Assembly (NCBI GenBank): GCA_031410015.1
Contig: JANNYI010000133.1
Location: 1 to 17,745, forward strand
Origin: Betaproteobacteria bacterium
GTDB lineage: Bacteria > Pseudomonadota > Gammaproteobacteria > Burkholderiales > Casimicrobiaceae
Reading direction: 5' to 3'
DNA length: 17,745 bases
Shown: one piece after another, positions 8,215 to 17,745 of the stretch
Numbering within the stretch: position 1 is the first letter of the stretch
Layout of the letters: the number at the start of each line of letters is the position of its first letter
Made by a program: the position numbers and the translations under genes
Notes under the pieces: generated by a model
What the model was told of the DNA's origin: nothing
Databases searched by the model: none
What the model saw: the letters and a program-made list of their open reading frames with translations, nothing else

Positions 8215-8319
8215 ATGCGCCGCGCGCTCGTCCTTGCCGGATGCTTGTGGTTGCCGGTCGGCAGCCGCCCGGCGTCGCCGGCGCAGGACGACGTTGCCGC
8301 GCCTCGTTGCGATGAATGA
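8215..8319 (+). other. Possible small ORF (34 aa) between nusB and thiL, overlapping the thiL start
   Basis: ATG at 8215 to TGA at 8317 encodes MRRALVLAGCLWLPVGSRPASPAQDDVAAPRCDE, which has a signal-peptide-like N-terminus. No clear SD. It overlaps the thiL ATG (8312) by 8 nt. Confidence 0.2.
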
Positions 8320-9280
8320 ATTCGAATTGATCGGCCGCTACTTCCGGCGGCCGGCGCGCGACCCCGCCGTGCGCGTGGGCAATGGCGACGACGCCGCGGT
8401 CGTGCGGCCCGCGGCGGGACACGAACTCGCATTCTCGGTGGACATGCTGGTGGAAGGCCGGCATTTCCTGGCCGACGTCGACGCGGAAGCGCTGGGGCAC
8501 AAGACGCTGGCGGTCAACCTGTCGGATCTGGCGGCGATGGGCGCGATGCCGCGCTGGGCGCTTATGGCGGGCGCATTGCCGCGCGTGGACGAAGCCTGGC
8601 TCGCGGCATTCGCGCGCGGCTTCTTCGCGCTGGCGGAGCGCTTCGACGTGGCGCTGATCGGGGGCGATACCACCCGTGGCCCCCTCAATCTCTGCGTGAC
8701 CATCGTCGGCGAGTTGCCGTTCGACACGGCGCTGACGCGGGCCGGCGCGCGGGCCGGCGACGACCTCTATGTGTCCGGCACGCTGGGCGATGCGGCGCTT
8801 GCGCTCGCCGCGTTGCAGGGGCGCACCCATCTCGATCCGGCCACGCTGGCGGTGCTGCGGCTTCGCCTCGAGCGCCCCGAACCGCGGATTGCGCTCGGGC
8901 TTGCGCTGCGCGGCGTGGCGTCGGCGGCGCTCGACCTGTCGGACGGATTGACCGGCGACCTGGCGCACATCCTCGACGCGTCGCGGGTCGGCGCGCAGAT
9001 CGCGCTGGCTGCGCTGCCGCTGTCGCCGGCGCTCGCGCAGCGCCTGGCGGGAGCCGAGCGGACGCTGGCGCTCGGTTGCGCGCTCGCCGGCGGCGACGAC
9101 TACGAACTCTGCTTCACGGCGGCGCCGGCAATGCGCGAACGCATCGCCGCGATCGCGCGGGACCTTGCATTGCCGCTGAGCCGGATCGGCGGCATCACCG
9201 CGGCGCCGGGGATGCTCGTGCGCGACGAGCATGGCGACGCGCTGTCCGCGCTGCCACGCGCGTGGGATCATTTCGGATGA
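8312..9280 (+). CDS. thiL: Thiamine-phosphate kinase
   Basis: MNEFELIGRYFRRP, VGNGDDAAVV, KTLAVNLSDLAAMGAMPRWAL, ALIGGDTTRGPLNLCVTIVGE, ALDLSDGLTGDLAHIL, LAGGDDYELCFTA: classical ThiL motifs. Confidence 0.95.
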   Translation: MNEFELIGRYFRRPARDPAVRVGNGDDAAVVRPAAGHELAFSVDMLVEGRHFLADVDAEALGHKTLAVNLSDLAAMGAMPRWALMAGALPRVDEAWLAAFARGFFALAERFDVALIGGDTTRGPLNLCVTIVGELPFDTALTRAGARAGDDLYVSGTLGDAALALAALQGRTHLDPATLAVLRLRLERPEPRIALGLALRGVASAALDLSDGLTGDLAHILDASRVGAQIALAALPLSPALAQRLAGAERTLALGCALAGGDDYELCFTAAPAMRERIAAIARDLALPLSRIGGITAAPGMLVRDEHGDALSALPRAWDHFG

Positions 9281-9762
9281 GCGCCGCGCCCACGCTTGCC
9301 TTCCTGTTCCGCCATCCGGCGCATTTCATCGCGCTGGGCTTCGGCGCGGGCCTGTCGCCATGGGCGCCGGGAACCCTGGGCACGCTGCTCGCGATTCCGC
9401 TGGCGCTGGGATTGCGCCGGTATGCGGGCGACGTCGAGTACGCGGTGGTGCTGGCCGCGCTCTTCGGCATCGGCGTATGGGCGTCGCAGGTCACCGGGCG
9501 CGAACTTGGTCAGCCGGATCATGGCGGCATCGTCATCGACGAGGTCGTGGCGTTCCTGCTGGTGCTCTTTTTCACCGGCATCACGCTCGAGCGCATCGCC
9601 ATCGCTTTCGCCTTGTTCCGGTTCTTCGACATCGTCAAGCCGCCGCCGATCCGGCAGCTCGATGCGCGGATGAAGAACGGGCTGGGCGTGATGCTCGATG
9701 ACCTGCTGGCCGCGGGTTTCACGCTGCTCGTCTTCGCGGTCGGCCAGAGGATGCTCGGATGA
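9277..9762 (+). CDS. pgpA: Phosphatidylglycerophosphatase A
   Basis: GFGAGLSPWAPGTLGTLLAIPLA, DHGGIVIDEVVAFLLVLFF, FFDIVKPPPIRQLDARMKNGLGVMLDDLLAA. ATGA overlap with thiL. Confidence 0.95.
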   Translation: MSAAPTLAFLFRHPAHFIALGFGAGLSPWAPGTLGTLLAIPLALGLRRYAGDVEYAVVLAALFGIGVWASQVTGRELGQPDHGGIVIDEVVAFLLVLFFTGITLERIAIAFALFRFFDIVKPPPIRQLDARMKNGLGVMLDDLLAAGFTLLVFAVGQRMLG

Positions 9763-10535
9763 GCGCGGACGGCCACGGCGAGCTGGACCTGCGGCGGCTG
9801 GAGGAGGTCGGCCTCAACGCGTTGCAGACCCAGCGCCAGCTCTTCTACGACGGCTGGCTGCTGCGGGTCTCGCCCGGCAAGGCCAAGCGGGCGCGCAGCG
9901 TGAACGCGCATTTCAATTCGTCGCTGCCGTTGGGCGACAAGATCGCGCATTGCGAGAAGGTCTATGCCGCGCGCGGATTGCCGGTGCTGTTTCGCATCAC
10001 GCCCTTCGTCCAGCCGCCCGACCTCGACGCGGCACTGGCGGCGCGTGGTTATGAGGCGCACGAGACGACGCTGGTGCAGGTGGTGCGGCTGGCGCGCGCA
10101 CCGGAGGCAGTGGCGCTGCCGGACATGGAGATCACGTCGCCGCCGGCAAGCGTATTCGCCGACGCGGTGGCGGCGCTGCAGCACGCGACACCCGCGCAGC
10201 GGGACGCCTACTTCGAGCGCCTGGTGGACAGCCCGCTGCCGATGCGCGCGCTGCTCGCGCAGGACCCAAGCGAAACGGCAGGCGTGGGCACGGTGATGCT
10301 CGACGACGGTCTGGCCGGCATCTTCTCGATGGCCACCGCCCCGGCGCTGCGCGGGCGCGGGGTGGCCACGGCGCTGCTGGGGCGCCTGCTGGCATGGGCC
10401 TGGGATCACGGCGCGACGCACGCCTACCTGCAGGTCGACGCCAACAATCACCGCGCGCTGGCGGTGTACCGCCGCTTCGGCTTCGCCACCGCGTACACCT
10501 ATCACTATCGCGCCCGGCCCGGCGATTTCGCATGA
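9759..10535 (+). CDS. GNAT family N-acetyltransferase
   Basis: C-terminal GNAT signature [67 protein letters not shown] overlap with pgpA. Confidence 0.9.
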   Translation: MSADGHGELDLRRLEEVGLNALQTQRQLFYDGWLLRVSPGKAKRARSVNAHFNSSLPLGDKIAHCEKVYAARGLPVLFRITPFVQPPDLDAALAARGYEAHETTLVQVVRLARAPEAVALPDMEITSPPASVFADAVAALQHATPAQRDAYFERLVDSPLPMRALLAQDPSETAGVGTVMLDDGLAGIFSMATAPALRGRGVATALLGRLLAWAWDHGATHAYLQVDANNHRALAVYRRFGFATAYTYHYRARPGDFA

Positions 10536-11041
10536 CGGCGGACGCGATCGTCACTCTGGCGGCGGAACTGGGCACGGCGCTGCAGGCGCGCCGCTGGCGC
10601 TGCGCCACGGCCGAATCCTGCACGGGGGGGCTGGTTGCGGGCGCGATCACCGCCATCGCGGGCAGTTCGGCCTGGTTCGAGCGCGGCTTCGTGACCTATA
10701 CCAACGAGGCGAAGGTCGAGATGCTTGGGGTGCCCTCCGGCCTGATCGACCGTCATGGCGCGGTGTCGATGCCGGTGGCCCGGGCGATGGCCGAGGGCGC
10801 GCTGGCCCGGTCGTCGGCCGATCTCGCGGTGGCGATCACGGGCGTGGCGGGGCCCGGCGGCGGCACCGCGGACAAGCCGGTGGGCATGGTCTGCTTCGCC
10901 TGGGCCCGGCGCGGCGGCGAAACCGCGGCGGTGACGCTGCACCTGCCGGGCGACCGCGCCGCCGTCCGTGCGGCCGCCGTGGCGGCGGCCACGCGCGGGC
11001 TGCTGGAGCGGGTACCACCGGCGGACCCCGTCCGCCCATAG
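10532..11041 (+). CDS. CinA C-terminal-domain protein (nicotinamide-nucleotide amidohydrolase, PncC-type)
   Basis: [44 protein letters not shown] and [26 protein letters not shown] are CinA-C/PncC signatures. Stand-alone, without the N-terminal CinA domain. ATGA overlap with the GNAT gene. Confidence 0.92.
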   Translation: MTADAIVTLAAELGTALQARRWRCATAESCTGGLVAGAITAIAGSSAWFERGFVTYTNEAKVEMLGVPSGLIDRHGAVSMPVARAMAEGALARSSADLAVAITGVAGPGGGTADKPVGMVCFAWARRGGETAAVTLHLPGDRAAVRAAAVAAATRGLLERVPPADPVRP

Positions 11042-11070
11042 GCCGCACGGCTTAGGCCACAGGAACGCTT

Positions 11071-11092
11071 GCATCGAACGATCGTTCTATGC
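11071..11092. promoter_or_regulatory. 22-bp near-perfect palindrome upstream of recA; candidate LexA/SOS-type operator
   Basis: GCATcGAACGATCGTTCtATGC: perfect 12-bp core GAACGATCGTTC (11076-11087) flanked by GCAT/ATGC, one mismatched pair, ending 72 bp before the recA start. Confidence 0.45.
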
Positions 11093-11164
11093 GACGATCC
11101 GTCCTGTTCGCAAGGACCCCGCTCCCGGCCGGCCGCCGGCAGGCGATACTTGGAGATTCCAATC

Positions 11165-12214
11165 ATGCCCCTCGACTCCCCCATGGACGACCAAAAATCC
11201 AAAGCCCTCTTCGCTGCGCTGGCGCAGATCGAAAAGCAGTTCGGCAAGGGCTCCATCATGAAGATGGGCGAAGCCCAGATCGCCAACGACCTGACGGTGG
11301 TGTCCACCGGCTCGCTCGGCCTCGACATCGCGCTGGGCGTCGGCGGCCTGCCGCGCGGCCGCGTGGTCGAGATCTACGGCCCTGAATCCTCCGGCAAGAC
11401 CACGCTGTGCCTGCAGGTCGTGGCGCAGGTGCAAAAGGCGGGCGGGGTGGCCGCCTACATCGACGCCGAAAACGCGCTCGACCCGGTGTATGCCGGCAAG
11501 CTCGGCGTCAACGTCGGCGATCTCCTCATTTCGCAGCCCGACACGGGCGAGCAGGGCCTCGAAATCACCGACATGCTGGTGCGCTCCGGCGGCGTCGACA
11601 TCATCGTCATCGACTCGGTGGCAGCACTCGTGCCCAAGGCCGAAATCGAAGGCGAGATGGGCGACCAGCTGCCCGGCCTGCAGGCGCGGCTGATGAGTCA
11701 GGCGCTGCGCAAGCTCGCCGGCAACATCAAGCGCTCCAACACGCTGGTGATCTTCATCAACCAGATCCGGATGAAGATCGGCGTGATGTTCGGCAGCCCC
11801 GAAACCACCACGGGCGGCAATGCGCTCAAGTTCTACGCCTCGGTGCGCCTCGACATCCGGCGCATCGGCGCCATCAAGCGCGGCGAGGAAGTCGTCGGCA
11901 ACGAAACCCGCGTCAAGGTCGTCAAGAACAAGGTGTCGCCGCCGTTCCGCGAGGCGCTGTTCGACATCCTGTACGGCGAAGGCATTTCGCGCGAAGGCGA
12001 AATCGTCGAGCTGGGCGTGCTGCACAAGATCGTCGAAAAGTCCGGCGCGTGGTACGCCTACAACGGCGACAAGATCGGCCAGGGCAAGGACAACGCACGC
12101 GAATACCTGCGCGAACATCCCGAGCTGGCGCAGGAGATCGAAGGCAAGATCCGGGCGGCGGTGGATGTGCCCACGCCGGGCCGCATCAATCCGGCGCCGT
12201 CCGCGGACGAGTGA
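11165..12214 (+). CDS. recA: Recombinase A
   Basis: [144 protein letters not shown] at 11152-11155 supports the ATG at 11165; 11183 is an alternative start. Confidence 0.99.
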   Translation: MPLDSPMDDQKSKALFAALAQIEKQFGKGSIMKMGEAQIANDLTVVSTGSLGLDIALGVGGLPRGRVVEIYGPESSGKTTLCLQVVAQVQKAGGVAAYIDAENALDPVYAGKLGVNVGDLLISQPDTGEQGLEITDMLVRSGGVDIIVIDSVAALVPKAEIEGEMGDQLPGLQARLMSQALRKLAGNIKRSNTLVIFINQIRMKIGVMFGSPETTTGGNALKFYASVRLDIRRIGAIKRGEEVVGNETRVKVVKNKVSPPFREALFDILYGEGISREGEIVELGVLHKIVEKSGAWYAYNGDKIGQGKDNAREYLREHPELAQEIEGKIRAAVDVPTPGRINPAPSADE

Positions 12215-12255
12215 TCGGCGGTGCCTGACCGGCGGGCCCAGCGCATGCGCATCAA

Positions 12256-12789
12256 GTGCTGACCGGTCCCAAGTTCAGGCGGGGGCGGGCGGCGACCGCA
12301 AGCGCCGACCCGCCCCGCCGGGCTGCGGCACCCGCGCCGTCGCCCAAGGCGGTGGCGGTGCGGTATCTCGCCCGCCGCGATTACAGCCGCGCCGAACTGG
12401 CGCAGCGGCTGGCGCAACGCGGCATCGACGCCGCTGCCATCGAGGTTGCGCTCGACCAACTCACCGCGGCCGGCTATCTGTCGGATGAACGCTATGCCGC
12501 AGCCGTCGTGGCACAACGCAGCGGCCGTTACGGCAAGCGCGCCATTGCCTACGCGTTGAGGGAAAAGGGCGTCACCGCCGACGCTGTCGCGGCTGCGCTG
12601 GCGCCGCTCGCGGCCACGGACGAGTTTGCCGATGCGATGGCGCTGTGGCGGCAGCGCTTCCGCACGCCACCGGCCAACGATCGCGACAAGGCGCGGCAGG
12701 TGCGCTTTCTGCAGGCGCGGGGTTACCCGCTGTCGGTGGTGCTCAAGGTGATGCGCGCCGCGGGTGCAGGGGATGTCGAGGACCTCTGA
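12256..12789 (+). CDS. recX: Regulatory protein RecX
   Basis: GTG start proposed. RYLARRDYSRAELAQRLAQRGIDAAAIEVALDQLTAAGYLSDERYAAAVVAQRSGRYGKRAIAYALREKGV and KARQVRFLQARGYPLSVVLKVMR. Directly follows recA. Confidence 0.92.
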   Translation: MLTGPKFRRGRAATASADPPRRAAAPAPSPKAVAVRYLARRDYSRAELAQRLAQRGIDAAAIEVALDQLTAAGYLSDERYAAAVVAQRSGRYGKRAIAYALREKGVTADAVAAALAPLAATDEFADAMALWRQRFRTPPANDRDKARQVRFLQARGYPLSVVLKVMRAAGAGDVEDL

Positions 12790-12878
12790 TCCGCCTGGAT
12801 CGGGGGGGCGGCAGCGGCGTCGGCCGGCCGCATGCCCACGCCGATGAAGACAGCGACAGCCGCGGGCGCGCCGCAAGC

Positions 12879-12884
12879 TACAAT
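12879..12884 (+). promoter_or_regulatory. Candidate -10 element (TACAAT) upstream of alaS
   Basis: TACAAT at 12879-12884, 54 bp before the alaS ATG, within the recX-alaS gap. No good -35 found. Confidence 0.35.
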
Positions 12885-12937
12885 CCAAGTTTTTGATTCC
12901 GCGCGGGCTTTGCCGCGCCGGACCACGAAAGCGCGCC

Positions 12938-15576
<2,639 letters not shown>

Positions 15577-15580
<4 letters not shown>

Positions 15581-16629
15581 TCGCCACCCCTTCGCCGCAG
15601 TTTGCGAGCGACAACAACGCCGGCATCTGTCCGGAAGCGCTCGCGGCCATCGTCGATGCCAATCGCGGTCACGCGCATGGCTACGGCGACGACGACTGGA
15701 CGGCGGCGGCGGTGCAGTCGATCCAGCGCGCGTTCGATACCGACTGCGATGTCTACTTCGTGTTCAATGGTACCGCGGCCAATGCGCTGGCGCTGGCGGC
15801 CATCTGCCGCAGCACGGATGCCATCGTCTGCCATGCCATGGCCCACATCAACGTCGACGAGTGCGGCGCGCCGGAGTTCTTCAGCGGCGGCGCCAAGCTG
15901 CTGACCGCCGACACGCCGCACGCCAAGCTGACGCTGGACGCAATCGCCCGCGTGGCGGTCACGCCACACGACGAGCATTCGTCGCGTCCGCGTGCCCTGT
16001 CGCTGACGCAGGCAACCGAACTGGGCACGCTCTACAAGCCGGACGAGTTGCGCGCGTTGTGCGGCGATGCGCATGCACGGCGCATGAAGGTGCACATGGA
16101 CGGCGCGCGCTTCGCCAACGCGGTGGCCTCGCTGGGCTGTGCGCCTGCCGACATCACGTGGCGCGCCGGCGTGGACGTGTTGAGCCTGGGTGGGGCCAAG
16201 AACGGCCTGCCGCTGGGCGAGGCGCTGGTGTTCTTCGACCGCGCGCTGGCCGACGAATTTGCGCGCCGCCGCAAGCAGGGCGGCCAGCTGGCCTCGAAGA
16301 TGCGTTTTCTGGCGGCACCGTGGAGCGCGATGCTCGACGACGGCGCGTGGCTGCGGCATGCGGCGCACGCCAATGCGATGGCGCAGAAGCTGGCCGCAGC
16401 GCTGACGCAGGTGCCCGGCGCGCACTTGCTGGCGCCGGTGGAAGCCAACGGCGTGTTCATCGATTTGCCGCGTCCGGTCATCGAAGCGCTGTGGGCCCGC
16501 GGCTGGAAGTTCTACCTGTTCGTGGGCGATACCGGCGCGCGGTTCATGTGCGCCTGGGATACGCCGGTCACGCTGGTCGATGCGCTGGTCGCGGATGTCC
16601 GTGAACTGACGGCGCGAGCGGCGGACTAA
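15577..16629 (+). CDS. PLP-dependent threonine aldolase-like enzyme (low-specificity L-threonine aldolase family)
   Basis: [91 protein letters not shown] (PLP-Lys region). GTG start overlapping the alaS stop (GTGA). Confidence 0.9.
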
Positions 16630-16666
16630 CCCGTTGCCCAGACCACTTCATCGTCGAGGACCCCCC

Positions 16667-17014
16667 ATGATCCAACGCCGTACTCTGTTGCTGGCCCTGG
16701 CCGCCGTGCCAGTTCTTGCGTTCGCGCATCACGGCTGGAGCGAATACGATACGACGCAGGTGCTGAAGCTCACCGGCACCATCGAGGCTGCGGGCTACGA
16801 GCATCCGCATGGCTACGTGAAGCTCAGGACGGCGGACAAGACGTGGCTTGCCGTGCTCGCGCCGCCTTCGCGGATGGAGAATCGCGGGCTGTCCAAGGAT
16901 CTGCTGGCGGTGGGTACCGTGGCGACCGTGGAGGGCTATCCCAGCAAATCCAAGCCCGATGAAATGCGCTCCGAGCGCATCACGATCGCGGGGAAGACCG
17001 TCGAATTGCGATGA
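16667..17014 (+). CDS. Small exported protein (DUF6152-like), unknown function
   Basis: Signal peptide MIQRRTLLLALAAVPVLAFA, then HHGWSEYDTTQVLKLTGTIEAAGYEHPHGYVKL. ATG preceded by a GAGGA-like RBS. Family assignment is from recall. Confidence 0.75.
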   Translation: MIQRRTLLLALAAVPVLAFAHHGWSEYDTTQVLKLTGTIEAAGYEHPHGYVKLRTADKTWLAVLAPPSRMENRGLSKDLLAVGTVATVEGYPSKSKPDEMRSERITIAGKTVELR

Positions 17015-17490
17015 GCACCGCGATCCACGCGCTCGAAGGCTCGGGCATCGGCCGCGTCCTGCGCGAATCGCTGTGGGCCTATCCGGCGGCGGAAACGGTG
17101 CATATCATCGGTCTCGCCACGCTGTTCGGTTCGGTGCTGATCGTCGACCTGCGCCTGCTGGGCCTCGGTCGCGGAATTTCGGTTTCGCGCCTCGCGTGGC
17201 ACGCGTTGCCGTGGACCGTGGGCGCCTTCATGCTGGTGATGGTCACCGGGCTCCTCATGTTCACCGCGCACGCGTCCGACCTGCTCGACAATCGCGTATT
17301 CATGCTGAAGATGGGATTGATCGGCGCGTCCGGGCTCAATGCGGCGCTGCTGCACACCGGCGCGATGAGCAGGGTCTCGGCTTGGGATGTGCATGCGATG
17401 CCGCCCGTGCGCGTGCGTATCGCCGCATTGCTGTCGATCGTGCTGTGGGTGATCGTGATCGCCTGCGGTCGGATGCTGGCCTATACCTGA
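17011..17490 (+). CDS. Small integral membrane protein with several conserved-looking His residues (DUF6644-like)
   Basis: About four hydrophobic segments: VHIIGLATLFGSVLIVDLRLLG, LPWTVGAFMLVMVTGLLMF, FMLKMGLIGASGLNAALL, IAALLSIVLWVIVIACG. ATGA overlap with the upstream exported protein gene. Confidence 0.7.
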   Translation: MSTAIHALEGSGIGRVLRESLWAYPAAETVHIIGLATLFGSVLIVDLRLLGLGRGISVSRLAWHALPWTVGAFMLVMVTGLLMFTAHASDLLDNRVFMLKMGLIGASGLNAALLHTGAMSRVSAWDVHAMPPVRVRIAALLSIVLWVIVIACGRMLAYT

Positions 17491-17514
17491 GCGGAAGCAC
17501 GAAAGGATCGCGTC

Positions 17515-17745
17515 ATGCCCCTGCGCCCCGAAGTCACGCTGGACGTACTCAATCACCGCGGCGTGGGTCACCTGCCCGGGTTGATGGGCTTTCGTGTCAC
17601 GGCGATCGACGAGGGACTGCTGACCGCCGAGCTCGACATCCGCGTCGATCTGCTGGCCCCCAACGGGTTCCTGCATGCGGCCACGGTGGTGGCGCTGGCC
17701 GACACCGCATGCGGTTTCGGGTGCATCGCCCATCTTCCGGCCGGC
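17515..17745 (+). CDS. PaaI-family (hotdog fold) thioesterase, 3'-truncated by the window edge
   Basis: MPLRPEVTLDVLNHRGVGHLPGLMGFRVTAIDEGLLTAELDIRVDLLAPNGFLHAATVVALADTACGFGCIAHLPAG, open to the window end. AAAGGA RBS upstream. Absent from the ORF track because no stop codon falls in the window. Confidence 0.8.
   Translation, partial: MPLRPEVTLDVLNHRGVGHLPGLMGFRVTAIDEGLLTAELDIRVDLLAPNGFLHAATVVALADTACGFGCIAHLPAG

Noticed and set aside
7646-9271. 541-aa antisense ORF
   Set aside because: Shadow ORF opposite nusB/thiL; no motifs.
11042-11164. E. coli-type LexA box before recA
   Set aside because: The closest match, CTGTTCGCAAGGACCC, has only half of the right arm and does not meet CTGT-N8-ACAG.

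Overview
This window is GC-rich, densely packed and looks like proteobacterial (probably betaproteobacterial) chromosome. It holds 16 supportable coding regions, all on the + strand, with many 4-nt ATGA/GTGA start/stop overlaps. Order: (i) non-coding left edge with a candidate bidirectional terminator and a 26-bp tandem repeat; (ii) TetR regulator, RND adaptor, RND permease and an NAD(P)-binding protein, preceded by a perfect 19-bp inverted repeat overlapping a TTGACA promoter; (iii) ribBA-like gene (degenerate GTP cyclohydrolase II domain), ribH, nusB, thiL, pgpA; (iv) GNAT acetyltransferase, cinA C-terminal-type amidohydrolase, recA, recX; (v) alaS and a threonine aldolase-like gene; (vi) a small exported His-rich protein, a small membrane protein with several His residues, and the 5' part of a PaaI-like thioesterase. 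Most genes are housekeeping. I found no CRISPR array, transposon, phage, toxin-antitoxin, defence or biosynthetic cluster. The best leads are the TetR operator/promoter architecture, a 22-bp imperfect palindrome upstream of recA that resembles the Gram-positive-type LexA box more than the E. coli type, the loss of the zinc cysteines in the GCHII-like domain of RibBA, and the exported-His-protein plus His-rich membrane-protein pair near the right end, which could be a small metal or redox module.
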